Source: Planctomycetota bacterium (GTDB lineage: Bacteria > Planctomycetota > GCA-002687715 > CAIWVZ01). Taken from it: a stretch of 64,000 nucleotides of DNA. The notes beneath the pieces are model-generated. The model saw only the letters and a program-made list of their open reading frames with translations, was not told the origin of the DNA and did no database searches. How positions within the stretch are numbered: position 1 is the first letter of the stretch; every line of letters starts with the position of its first letter. The DNA lies in contig JBGANV010000002.1 of assembly GCA_044222185.1 (NCBI GenBank), positions 352,001 to 416,000 on the forward strand. Reading direction: 5' to 3'. Below, piece by piece: positions 22,774-37,007 of the stretch. A program made the position numbers and the translations under genes.

Positions 22774-24084
22774 ATGCGCCAAACCCTCCTGTGCTCGTTC
22801 ATCCTCGCCGTCTGGCCGTTGGTCGCCATCGCGCAAGTTCCAATCGTCACCGAGGAACCCGTCTGGGAACTCGCCGTCGGGTTCCACGAGCACATCTTCG
22901 GCTCGTTCATCGTGGGAACGGCGACCGTGAGGGTCGACGACTGCGAGGACGACGAGGATTGGCTGGGCGATTCGAACGGCCAGATCGGAATCGCGATCGC
23001 CGCCCCCGCCGATCACACGCCGATCAAGCTGCGGATCGAATGCGGCGAGGTGATGGAGCCGGCCGAATGGGAAGGCGAGCTGCCGAAGGGCGGCCAGGTG
23101 TACAGCGTGCGGCCGAAGGTCGCCTACAAGTTCGAGGCCTTGCTCAAGAACCGACAGCAAATCCCCGTGAACGTGAAGGCAACGCTTCAGATCGGCAAGA
23201 AGCAGTGGAAGAAGCTGAAGGTCGCGACGCTCCGTTCGATCAACGATTGCCCCATGGCGGTCACTGGTCGGGTGGGCGAACCGCTCCAGGAGGCTGCGGT
23301 TCTGCGGTGGATGTACGCCGCGTACGTGAACGAAGATCACCCCTGGATCGATCAGCTCCTGAAGGACGCGCTCGGCACGGGGATCGTCAAGAACTTCATC
23401 GGCTACCAAGGCAAGGGCGACGACGCCGTCTTCGATCAGGTCTTCGCGATCTGGAAGGTGCTCCAGCAGCGCAACGTCACGTACAGCAGCATCTCGGTCG
23501 TGAGCGCCGTCGACGAGCGCGTACCCAGCCAGCACGTCCGCTTTCTCGACGAATCGATCACGTACGAACAGGCGAACTGCATCGACGGGACGGTGGTGTT
23601 CGCATCGGCACTTCGCAAGATCGGCCTCGACCCGTTTCTCGTCGTGGTCCCAGGACACGCCTACCTCGCATTCAACCTCGACAAGCAAGGGACGCACATG
23701 TCTGGGTTGGAAACCACGCTCCTCGGTGAGGTCTCGAAGAGCCGGTGGGATGCGGCGACGCCGCTCGACAAGCTGGTGATCGGCTGGAAACCGTTCGACG
23801 AGGCGTCGAAGGCGTCGTTCGTGAAGGCGCTCCAGGTCGGGACGAAGAACCTGGAGCAACATGCAGCCAAACTGAAGGATGCGAAGGAGCCCCTCTACGA
23901 AATGGTGGACGTGGGCGGCGCGCGCGTCGCGGGGGTGAAACCGCTCCCCTACCTCGGGACGGAGAAGCTCGATGGCGTGAAGCCGAAGCCGGCTCGGAAC
24001 GACGCCAAGCTGCGAGAACTACTGCTTCCCGAGGGGCTTGAGACCGGTGCGAAGCCGGAATCATCGCCCGCCTCGCGTCCTTGA
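22774..24084 (+). CDS. Exported transglutaminase/papain-fold-like protein
   Basis: Signal peptide; ANCIDGTVVFASALRKIGL…PGHAYL…LETT gives a Cys-His-Glu triad pattern. Confidence 0.7.
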   Translation: MRQTLLCSFILAVWPLVAIAQVPIVTEEPVWELAVGFHEHIFGSFIVGTATVRVDDCEDDEDWLGDSNGQIGIAIAAPADHTPIKLRIECGEVMEPAEWEGELPKGGQVYSVRPKVAYKFEALLKNRQQIPVNVKATLQIGKKQWKKLKVATLRSINDCPMAVTGRVGEPLQEAAVLRWMYAAYVNEDHPWIDQLLKDALGTGIVKNFIGYQGKGDDAVFDQVFAIWKVLQQRNVTYSSISVVSAVDERVPSQHVRFLDESITYEQANCIDGTVVFASALRKIGLDPFLVVVPGHAYLAFNLDKQGTHMSGLETTLLGEVSKSRWDAATPLDKLVIGWKPFDEASKASFVKALQVGTKNLEQHAAKLKDAKEPLYEMVDVGGARVAGVKPLPYLGTEKLDGVKPKPARNDAKLRELLLPEGLETGAKPESSPASRP

Positions 24085-24211
24085 CAGTCGCCCATGCCGG
24101 AGTCACGCGCGACGAATCTCGTCGACGTGGCTCCCCGATCATCCTGAGTTGGAGCCCAAGGGGCGCGACGGCCCCGTAGGGTTGCCTCGCGACTCACCTA
24201 TAATCGCGGCG

Positions 24212-24508
24212 ATGCATCTCTCCCTCGCGTTCCTCGGCGGCATGAGCACCCCAGAGCTCGTCGTCGTGATGGTCCTCGGGTTGCTCCTCTTCGGTTCACG
24301 TCTGCCGGAGGTTGGGCGCTCGCTCGGGCGCACCATGGCGGAGTTCAAACGGGGGATGAAGGGATTCGAGCACCAGATGACGCAGGCGGAGCAGGAAGCG
24401 ACGCGCATGCTCGAGGAGAGCGATCGCGCCAAGGCTTCCTCGAGTGCCGCGGAGTCTCACGACCGCGCGGAGCAGGCCGCGACCCCCGACGATCATCCGA
24501 CCGCCTGA
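24212..24508 (+). CDS. tatA: Twin-arginine translocase subunit TatA/E
   Basis: ELVVVMVLGLLLFGSRLPEVGRSLGRTMAEFKRG. Confidence 0.93.
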   Translation: MHLSLAFLGGMSTPELVVVMVLGLLLFGSRLPEVGRSLGRTMAEFKRGMKGFEHQMTQAEQEATRMLEESDRAKASSSAAESHDRAEQAATPDDHPTA

Positions 24509-24520
24509 TCCCGCGACCGG

Positions 24521-26029
24521 CTACCAGTCGGCAGCGAGGCAAACGCGGTTGCGGCCGGTCTTCTTCGCCTCGTAGAGGGCCTGGTCGGCACGGGCGACCA
24601 GTTGTTCCGCGAGTTTGTCCGCCGTCGAGGACAAAAGGCAGGCCGCGCCCAGCGACGCCGTGACGCTCTGCGGGCCCTCGTTGGTCTGGACCTGGCAGGA
24701 CTCGATCCCGCGACGGAGACGCTCGCCCAGCCCGCGGAGTGCCGCACCGACGGCTCCCGGGCATACGACCGCGAATTCCTCGCCGCCGTACCTGCACACG
24801 ACGTCCGAGTCACGAACGCACCGTTTGAGCGCGCCCGCGACCATGCGCAGGACGTCGTCTCCGGTCTGATGCCCGAAGCGATCGTTGAAGCGCTTGAAGT
24901 GGTCCACGTCGACCATGATCACGCCCAGCGGCGTCGGGAACTCCTCGCCCTGCCGCTTGCTCCACTCGCTTGCCATGGACGCGTCGAAGGCCGACCGGTT
25001 GTAGACGCCGGTGAGCGCGTCGGTCGAGGCCTTCACTTCGAGCTCCGCGACGCGGGTCTCGGCACGGTTCAGGTCGGATGCGGCCGCAAGCGACAGGTTG
25101 AGCAGTTCCGCGCGCGCGATCTCGACCATCTCTTCCGGGCTGATCTCGCCGCCGATGTCGACTTGGACGACTTCCGCGAGCTGCTCCGCGCCAGGGCCGA
25201 GCGCCATGATGATCGAGTCGACGAAGCCTGCATCGCGGCCGAACCAGCGCGCGGCGGCGTCCTCGAGCTCGCGTAGGTACTCGCCCTTGTTGTCGGCCAT
25301 GAGCACGCCGGCCGACAAATGCGCGAGGTTCAGGACACGCGCGCACTCCAGGGACTTCGCGTCGTGTTTCTCGATGAGCTGGTCGGGTGAATGATGCGAC
25401 CGGATGACGTCGACCATCAACTCAGGCAGCTTCCACTCGTGCATGAGAAGGCCGCCCAGGTCGGCATGGGTCGCTCCGACGGACTGCTGCTCGAGCACGC
25501 TGTCGGGATGTCCCCCGTCCATGGTGATGATCACGGCCGTGTACTGGCTCCCGGCGACACGCGCGAGGATCGGCACGGAGATGTCCAGGAGCAGACCGCA
25601 CGTGAAGGCCTCTTCGACGAAAGGCTTCTGCAGCTCGCGCGCGAATGCGCGAGCGGCGACGGACTGGATCATGGATCGGCGCCAGAAGTCGCGCAGGTCG
25701 TAGCCACTCTCCTCGTCCGAGTCCACGCCGACGATCGAGGTCAACGAGAAGCTCAACGCCGCCAGCATGACGGCTTTGATCCCGAGGACCATCACGGCGT
25801 CGTTGATCGTTCCGACCTGACGCCGTCGCGTATACATGGACGAGTTGCTGAGTTTCAGCACGCGCGCCGAAAGGGCCGGGTCGCGCCCGATCACGGCGGC
25901 GATGTCGAGGATGTCCACGTTGTCCTTGCGACAGAGCTTGAGCACCTCCATGACGACGGAGGGCAGGCTCGGGAGTTTGTCTGCGTACGCGAGGTACGGC
26001 GATCGATTCCTGACGTCTGACAGCAACAT
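24521..26029 (-). CDS. HDOD-GGDEF diguanylate cyclase
   Basis: HDOD motifs LPSLP, DPALSARVLKLSNS, FWRRS and WKLP. GGDEF motifs TDALTG, DVDHFK and RYGGEEF, with an intact RxxD I-site (RDSD). Confidence 0.95.
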   Translation of the reverse strand: MLLSDVRNRSPYLAYADKLPSLPSVVMEVLKLCRKDNVDILDIAAVIGRDPALSARVLKLSNSSMYTRRRQVGTINDAVMVLGIKAVMLAALSFSLTSIVGVDSDEESGYDLRDFWRRSMIQSVAARAFARELQKPFVEEAFTCGLLLDISVPILARVAGSQYTAVIITMDGGHPDSVLEQQSVGATHADLGGLLMHEWKLPELMVDVIRSHHSPDQLIEKHDAKSLECARVLNLAHLSAGVLMADNKGEYLRELEDAAARWFGRDAGFVDSIIMALGPGAEQLAEVVQVDIGGEISPEEMVEIARAELLNLSLAAASDLNRAETRVAELEVKASTDALTGVYNRSAFDASMASEWSKRQGEEFPTPLGVIMVDVDHFKRFNDRFGHQTGDDVLRMVAGALKRCVRDSDVVCRYGGEEFAVVCPGAVGAALRGLGERLRRGIESCQVQTNEGPQSVTASLGAACLLSSTADKLAEQLVARADQALYEAKKTGRNRVCLAADW

Positions 26030-26065
26030 GCGTGGCGAATCCGTGGTCTTTCGTGCGTCTGCGGA

Positions 26066-26578
26066 TCAGGTCCCGAACCCGCGAAGGATCTCCTCTGCGG
26101 TCGACGGCCCACCGTCGGAGACGGTCTGTTCGACCAACGGCACGGAGAGGCTCAACACGCGATCGACGTCCGACATCAGGGACACGAGGAAGAAGACCTT
26201 GTCGCCGAGGACAGGCGAGATCTCGGTGAGCAGATCGAGCGACGGAGGCTCCGTGACGACCACCGTGTCGACGCCGTCGAACGTGTCGAGGATGAAGAAG
26301 CGGTGCTGATGAAGCAGGTGTGAGTCGAGTTTCTGCGTGGCGGTCGACCGGTATTCCTGGGACTTCAAGCGGATGAACGAGACCCCGAGCTCCTTGGTCA
26401 CGGCACGGGCCAACTCCCATTCGGAGACGAATCCCAGTTCGACGAGGGCGCGCCCGAGGCTCAGGCCGGACGACTGCTGCACGTCGGACGCTTCGCGCAG
26501 CCGCTCCGGTGTGATGAGCCCATCGCCGAGCAGGATCGTTCCCGTGTCCTTGTATGACCTGAGGCGGATGTTCTTCAT
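26066..26578 (-). CDS. Stand-alone MshEN / GspE-PilB N-terminal domain protein
   Basis: Tandem MshEN-like motifs TGTILLGDGLITPERLREASDVQ and SLGRALVELGFVSEWEL; no ATPase domain. Confidence 0.75.
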   Translation of the reverse strand: MKNIRLRSYKDTGTILLGDGLITPERLREASDVQQSSGLSLGRALVELGFVSEWELARAVTKELGVSFIRLKSQEYRSTATQKLDSHLLHQHRFFILDTFDGVDTVVVTEPPSLDLLTEISPVLGDKVFFLVSLMSDVDRVLSLSVPLVEQTVSDGGPSTAEEILRGFGT

Positions 26579-26692
26579 CGGAAGCGTGATTCGAGCGCGT
26601 CTTGCGGACCCGCTTCCGAAGTCATCGACCTGCGATCGGCGCCCGGTTGAGTCGCGGATCGGGTCGGCACCCAGATCGCCGGAGCCCTCCCG

Positions 26693-28107
26693 TCAGAGGA
26701 TCGGGGCGAACAGCGCTGCAGTCCGCGTGACGATCCGTCGCGAAAGCGGCGCGCGAAGGACGGATTCGTACGTGACTGGCGCCGAGCCGCGCCATTCCGC
26801 CTCGGCCACGCGTCGCAATTCCGCCAGGATCGGACCCTCGTAGGCGACGAGATCGGCCTCGAAATTGAGGAAGAAGCTCCGGTTGTCCATGTTGGTCGAC
26901 CCGAAGATCGCGAGGTCGTCGTCGACGACGAGCATCTTCATGTGGAGCATGGGGCCGCTCTTCCGAGCGACGTGCGCGCCGGCCTTCAGCACCGGTTCGA
27001 AGTAGTGAACCATGGCGAAGTCGACGATCCGGTTGTCCGTCACTTGGGGCACGAGGATGCGGACGCGCACTCCACGCGCGGCCGCCGTCTCCAGCGCGTA
27101 GAGGAGCGGCAGGGGCGGAACGAAGTACGGCGTGAGCATCAGGATGTCGCGCCGAGCCTCGTAGATGGCGGCGACGATCACCTTGTGGAGGCTGCGGGCG
27201 CGCCGGTCGGGCCCGCTGTCGACGACCTGCACGACGTCGTCACCGTCCACCTCGATCGGCGGGAAGAACGCCTCGCGGGCGAGGAATTCGCCAGCCGCGA
27301 ACCGCCAGTCGCTGGCGAAGATCTCCAGGACGTCGCGCACGGCGGGTCCCCGCATCGACACCATGAAATCATGGGACGCGCCCCTGCCGGACGAGACATG
27401 ACGCGCGCTGAGGTTCATGCTTCCGATGAAGCCATCGACCCCATCGACCACCAGCAGCTTGCGGTGGTTGCGCAGGTTGATCTGCCACCTGCGCTTCAGA
27501 GGGTGGAACGGAAGGAAGGCGTGGATCTTGGCGCCGCCGTCGGCGAACGACGAGAGGAAGTCCATGGACGCCGACGAAGCCCCGATGGCGTCGTAGAGAA
27601 CCCGGCACGGAATGCCGGCACGCGAGCGATCGACGACGGCATCCCTGAATCGCCGACCGACTTCGTCCTCATCGAGAATGTACGTCTGAAGCGCGACCGA
27701 GCGCCTGGCGCCACGGATCGCGGCGATCATGCGATCGTACGCCGCCGCACCGCCCACCATGACATCCAGTCGGTTGCCGCGAACGACCTCGTTGTCGGTC
27801 AGGACTCCCAGGTGAGCACGCCTGAGCGTTTCGCGCCAGCTCACGTCGGACGGCGCCGAGCTGCCGTGCGCCGCGCGGAACTCCGCGTGCGCAGCGCGGA
27901 TCTTCCGGCGGCGCCGGCCCAGGATCCGGTCGTCCCCGATCGTGACGTACGCGAATGCGCCCACCCATGGGACGCCGAGGCAGAAGGCAATCCAGATCAA
28001 CGCGCCCGATGCTTCGCGTGTCTTGTGCAGCAACGCATGCAGGGCGCACGCGATGCCGGCGACGTAGCCGGCCGAGACCAGCACGAGCCACGTGATTTCC
28101 TTCGTGC

Positions 28108-28111
<4 letters not shown>
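26693..28111 (-). CDS. cls: Cardiolipin synthase (phospholipase D family)
   Basis: Two N-terminal TMs and two HKD motifs (RNHRKLLVVDG, LHMKMLVVDD) plus GSTNMDNRSF. Confidence 0.92.
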
Positions 28112-32841
<4,730 letters not shown>

Positions 32842-33259
32842 GCGCGCGACGCCTCCCCAAATGGCGGGCGAATAACGAGTAACGAACCGCTCGCACCACA
32901 ATTGCCGCGGTCTTCTCGATCCGCTTGAACGGCGGACACTATACCGCTCGAAAACCGCGTTCTCGACAGCGCCGCGCGAGACGGTTTCCGCGCCCGCGTC
33001 CCGGGAGTTCTCAAGAATGCAACGAAGCTCCTCGTCGGGGTTCGATGAACACGACCTGGACTCCGGCGCCGCCGCTGCCCGCATCGAGCATCCGCTGGAA
33101 ACGCGGGCACAACTGCCCGTGAAACCCTGGGTTATGCCGTCGGTAATTCAGATCGGTGCGCCCAACTTCTGGGATTCTCCGAGAAAAACCCGGCAAAGGC
33201 CCAGCCAAGCGCGCCAAAAACCTGGGTTTCTCCGAGAGTTCTCCACATCTCGACCGGGA
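32842..33259. other. Probable oriC region (dnaA-dnaN intergenic)
   Basis: 418-bp non-coding gap with TTCTCCACA (33239-33247, one mismatch to TTATCCACA), TTCTCGACA (32960-32968) and further TTCTC words. Confidence 0.6.
32938..32966 (-). promoter_or_regulatory. Putative dnaN sigma-70 promoter
   Basis: TCGAGA-17 nt-TATAGT on the minus strand; the -35 overlaps a DnaA-box-like word. Confidence 0.45.
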
Positions 33260-34660
33260 TCAGCCCTGGAGGCTTCCCCCGAGACGTTGGGCCAGCTCCT
33301 CGAGAAGGCGGCGGAAGTCGGGATCGCTGTTCATCCGGATCTGCACTCGATCAGCCCCATAGAGGACGGTGCTGTGGTCCCGTCCGCCGAAATAGACGCC
33401 GATCTCCTCGAGCGACAGGCTCGTCAACTTGCGCGCGACGTACATGCAGACCTGGCGCGGCTCCGTGAGGGCCTTCGTGCGCCGTTTGCTCTGGAGCTCG
33501 GCGCGCCGCAGCCCGAAGTGCTCGGTCACGACGTTCACGATCTCGTCGAGCGTGATCTTGCGGCGGCGGTCCGTGAGCAGGTCGCTCAACGCCTCGCGCG
33601 CCATGGCGAGCGTGATCTCGAGCTTCATCAGCGTCGACTTGCCGACGACGCGCGTGACCGCACCCTCGAGCTCTCGGATGTTGCTCTGGACGTTCTGGGC
33701 GATGAAGTCGAGGACGTCGTCCGGGAGGAGGCAGCCCAGCTGGCTCGCCTTGCGAGACGCGATCTGGATGCGAGTCTCGAAGAGCGGCGGTTCGAGCTCG
33801 CAGACCATCCCCTGTTTGAACCGGCTCACCAGCCGTTCGGAGAGCGTCGGGATCTCCGGAGGGGGCGAATCACTCGAGAGAATGATCTGTTTGTTCAGCT
33901 GATGGAGCGCGTTGAACGTGTGGAAGAACTCTTCCTGGCTCCGGTCCTTGTTCGCGAGGAAGTGCACGTCGTCGACGAGGAAGACGTCGGTGTCGCGGTA
34001 GCGACCACGGAACGATTCGAGGTCGCCCTTCTCGACGGCGGAGATGAACTGGTTGATGAAGAACTCGCAGGACACGTAGACGATCCGCGGACGCGGAGTG
34101 CGCGAAAGCAGCGCGTGGCAGATCGCCTGCAGGAGATGCGTCTTGCCGAGGCCGACGCGCCCGTAGACGAAGAGCGGGTTGTAGAGGCGCCCTCGGTTCT
34201 CGACGACGGCTCGGGCAGCCGCGACGGCCAGTTCGTTGTGCGGTCCGACGACGAAGTTCTCGAACGTGTACTCGCGGTTGATGACGACGCCGCCTTCGGT
34301 GCGCGGGGCGGTATCGGCGGGCTGGGGCGCAGTGCGCGCGGTCGAAACGGGGGCGGCCAGGGGTTCAGTCGAGAAGGGCTGCGCCTCACGGTTCGGACCA
34401 CCGCCATCGTGCGTCACGGAGATCTCCACGCGCGTCCATCCAAGGGCTGCGGCGACGACCTCGCGCAGCACGCTCGCGTACTTCTTCCCCAGCCACTCGG
34501 CGACGAACGCCGTGGGAGCGACGATCTCCACCCTCTCAGCGGACTGGCGGCCCAGGCGGATGTCCCTGAACCAGGTGTCGAACTGGTTCGGGCTCACCTT
34601 TCCACGAAGGCTCTCAAGCACTGACTGCCAGGTTTCTGGCGTCACCGGATCAGATGGCAT
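33260..34660 (-). CDS. dnaA: Chromosomal replication initiator DnaA
   Basis: FDTWF, YTFENFVVG, YNPLFVYGRVGLGKTHL, QEEFFHTFN, NIRELEGA and GGRDHSTVLY. Confidence 0.98.
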   Translation of the reverse strand: MPSDPVTPETWQSVLESLRGKVSPNQFDTWFRDIRLGRQSAERVEIVAPTAFVAEWLGKKYASVLREVVAAALGWTRVEISVTHDGGGPNREAQPFSTEPLAAPVSTARTAPQPADTAPRTEGGVVINREYTFENFVVGPHNELAVAAARAVVENRGRLYNPLFVYGRVGLGKTHLLQAICHALLSRTPRPRIVYVSCEFFINQFISAVEKGDLESFRGRYRDTDVFLVDDVHFLANKDRSQEEFFHTFNALHQLNKQIILSSDSPPPEIPTLSERLVSRFKQGMVCELEPPLFETRIQIASRKASQLGCLLPDDVLDFIAQNVQSNIRELEGAVTRVVGKSTLMKLEITLAMAREALSDLLTDRRRKITLDEIVNVVTEHFGLRRAELQSKRRTKALTEPRQVCMYVARKLTSLSLEEIGVYFGGRDHSTVLYGADRVQIRMNSDPDFRRLLEELAQRLGGSLQG

Positions 34661-34780
34661 ACGTCCCCGCCGCAGCACGCGTGCAAACGTGCTAAATCCC
34701 TTTGTTCCAACGGCTTAGCGCAAACTTCCGCCCGAGTACAGGTGCCGTTCGATCCGGCAGGTCGGTCAAAAGCGGGCGGG

Positions 34781-34808
34781 ATTCTAAGGCGGTCTCCAAC
34801 GTGTGCAA
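34781..34808 (-). promoter_or_regulatory. Putative dnaA sigma-70 promoter
   Basis: TTGCAC-16 nt-TAGAAT on the minus strand, in an AT-enriched 424-bp intergenic region. Confidence 0.5.
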
Positions 34809-35084
34809 AAGTAATTCGCTCACTTGTTCTCGACCCTGCCTCCCCAGGGCTGTGTTGAAGAATTCTTAAGGCTTCTGCCACTTCAAGATGAAGCCTTTCG
34901 AGCGCGGCGCCGGATGGCGAACGGCACGCCTCAGTTTTTTTCCAATCGACCGACTGTGGGGGCACCCCCGACGACCCCCACCGCCGCCGAGAATTTTTCC
35001 GTTAGCACTTAACTCGTTTGCGAGTCTCTGCTTGGAGAATCCTCAGCGAATCCCGGCCACGCACCGGCCGCGCTGAGGGCGACT

Positions 35085-36239
35085 TCAGCCCGGCCCGGCG
35101 ACGGAAGGACCGCCTGAAAACACGGCGGCGAAGCGGTCGGCGGCCTCGATCGAGTCAGCCACCGTCTGCCGGCAGCCGAACGAGATCCTCACGCTCCCCA
35201 GGTTGTCGACCTTGGACAGGCCCATCGCCGCGAGGACGTGGCTCGGCCGCGCCGCACCGCTGGAGCAGGCCGAGCCCAGGCTGACGGCCACACCGGCCAG
35301 GTCGAGCGCGAGAAGCAGGCCCTCCCCCGTCCGCCCACCGCAGCGCAGGTTCAGCGTGCCTGGAACGCGGGCCGTGGCATCAGGGCCGTTCCGGACGAAA
35401 GCCACCGAACGACTCGTCAGGCGATCCAGAAACGCCCGCTCGAGGCCTGCGAGGTTCGTGCGCCATTCGGCCCCCTCCAACGCAGCCAGGCGAGCCGCCG
35501 CTCCGAATCCGACGATCGCCGCGACGTTCTCGGTTCCGGCGCGACGCTCGCGCTCCTGTCCTCCTCCGACGAACAGCGGTGGGATGCGCGCACCGTTTCG
35601 AAGGACGAGTGCGCCCGCCCCCTTGGGGCCGCCGATCTTGTGCGCGGAGATGGAGAGCGTCGTCGCTGGCAGGGCTCCTGGGCTGTAGTCGAGCTTCCCA
35701 GGCGCCTGCACCGCATCCACGTGGAGCGGGACTCCCCTGGCAGAACAGAGGTCCCACGCCGGCGCGATCGGTTGGATCGACCCCACCTCGTTGTTCACCG
35801 CCATGATCGCCACCCCCGAGCACGGCTGCGCCAGGGACGCCTCCAGCGCGGCCAGCGAAAGCACGCCGGTCCCGTCCACGCCAACCCGCTCGACGACGAC
35901 GCCGTCGCGCCGCTGGGACTCGGCTGCTTCGAGGACGGACGGGTGCTCGACGGCGGAAACGAGGAGGCGCCGCGGCTGGCGCGGAAGCGACCCGAGCCAT
36001 CTCAGGGCCCAGTTGTTCGCCTCCGTGGCGCCAGAGCAGAAGACGACATCCCGCGGGTCGACCTGCAGCAGGGCCGCGACCGAATCCCGCGCGTCCTCGA
36101 CGGCCCGGCGTGCCTCCCTCCCCTCGCCGTGGAGGCTGCTTGGATTGCCGTAACTCCCTTTCAGGAATGGGAGCATCGCATCCAACACCCGCGGGTCGAG
36201 GGGCGTCGTCGCATTGTGGTCGAGGTAGATCCTTTTCAT
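35085..36239 (-). CDS. Cysteine desulfurase (IscS/NifS type)
   Basis: IYLDHNATT, GNPSS, SGATEANN, HVDAVQ, SAHKIGGPKG (PLP Lys) and GSACSS (catalytic Cys). Confidence 0.95.
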   Translation of the reverse strand: MKRIYLDHNATTPLDPRVLDAMLPFLKGSYGNPSSLHGEGREARRAVEDARDSVAALLQVDPRDVVFCSGATEANNWALRWLGSLPRQPRRLLVSAVEHPSVLEAAESQRRDGVVVERVGVDGTGVLSLAALEASLAQPCSGVAIMAVNNEVGSIQPIAPAWDLCSARGVPLHVDAVQAPGKLDYSPGALPATTLSISAHKIGGPKGAGALVLRNGARIPPLFVGGGQERERRAGTENVAAIVGFGAAARLAALEGAEWRTNLAGLERAFLDRLTSRSVAFVRNGPDATARVPGTLNLRCGGRTGEGLLLALDLAGVAVSLGSACSSGAARPSHVLAAMGLSKVDNLGSVRISFGCRQTVADSIEAADRFAAVFSGGPSVAGPG

Positions 36240-36346
36240 GTCAAGCCGCAGCCGCGCAAATTCCGAAGATTGCTCCGGCTTGGACGACCAGTGCGGGATC
36301 ACTGGACGCCGGGCCAAGAGGGACCCTTGGGGAAGACACGCAACCC

Positions 36347-37003
36347 ATGAGCGTTGTGAACACCCGCGACCGAACGATCAACACCAAGATCGTCTACTAC
36401 GGTCCCGCACTCGGCGGAAAGACGACGAGCCTGAAGCACCTGCACACGACGCTCGATCCGCAGGGCAACGTGCGCTTCATCTCGCTGAAGACGGACGACG
36501 AACGCACCGTGTTCTTCGATCTGTTGCCCATCGATCTGGGCGACTTCGACAAGTTCCGCTTCAAGATCAGCACGTACACCGTGCCGGGCCAGGTCAAGTA
36601 CAACCTGACGCGACGCCACGTCCTTGCGGGAGCGGATGCGGTCGTATTCGTGGCGGACTCGCAGCGCGGACGCGTAGCCGAGAACGTCCAGGTCCTCGCG
36701 TCGCTCTTCGACAACCTCGAGGCCAACGGTCTCGACGCAGGCCAGATCCCCATCGTCTTCCAATACAACAAGCGCGATGTCCCCGACGTCGCATCGGTCG
36801 AGGAGCTCGAGGCCGCGCTGAATCAGATCTCCGCGCCGCACTTCGAGAGCGAGGCCACCACCGGGCGAGGCGTCTTCCCCGCATTCGTCGCGGCGGCCCG
36901 CTCGATGTTCGACCTCATCGCGCATCGCTACGGACTGGCATCGGGGCAGGTCGGGATCGGCGAACTCGCCGCACGGCACCTCGTCGCCATGGACCGCGTG
37001 TGA
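36347..37003 (+). CDS. mglA: MglA-family small Ras-like GTPase
   Basis: KIVYYGPALGGKTT, ERTVFFD, YTVPGQ, VFVADSQ and QYNKRD closely match the Myxococcus MglA pattern. Confidence 0.88.
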   Translation: MSVVNTRDRTINTKIVYYGPALGGKTTSLKHLHTTLDPQGNVRFISLKTDDERTVFFDLLPIDLGDFDKFRFKISTYTVPGQVKYNLTRRHVLAGADAVVFVADSQRGRVAENVQVLASLFDNLEANGLDAGQIPIVFQYNKRDVPDVASVEELEAALNQISAPHFESEATTGRGVFPAFVAAARSMFDLIAHRYGLASGQVGIGELAARHLVAMDRV

Positions 37004-37007
37004 GCCG

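Noticed and set aside
32871-32885. Possible DnaA-trio run
   Set aside because: Too short and irregular to support.
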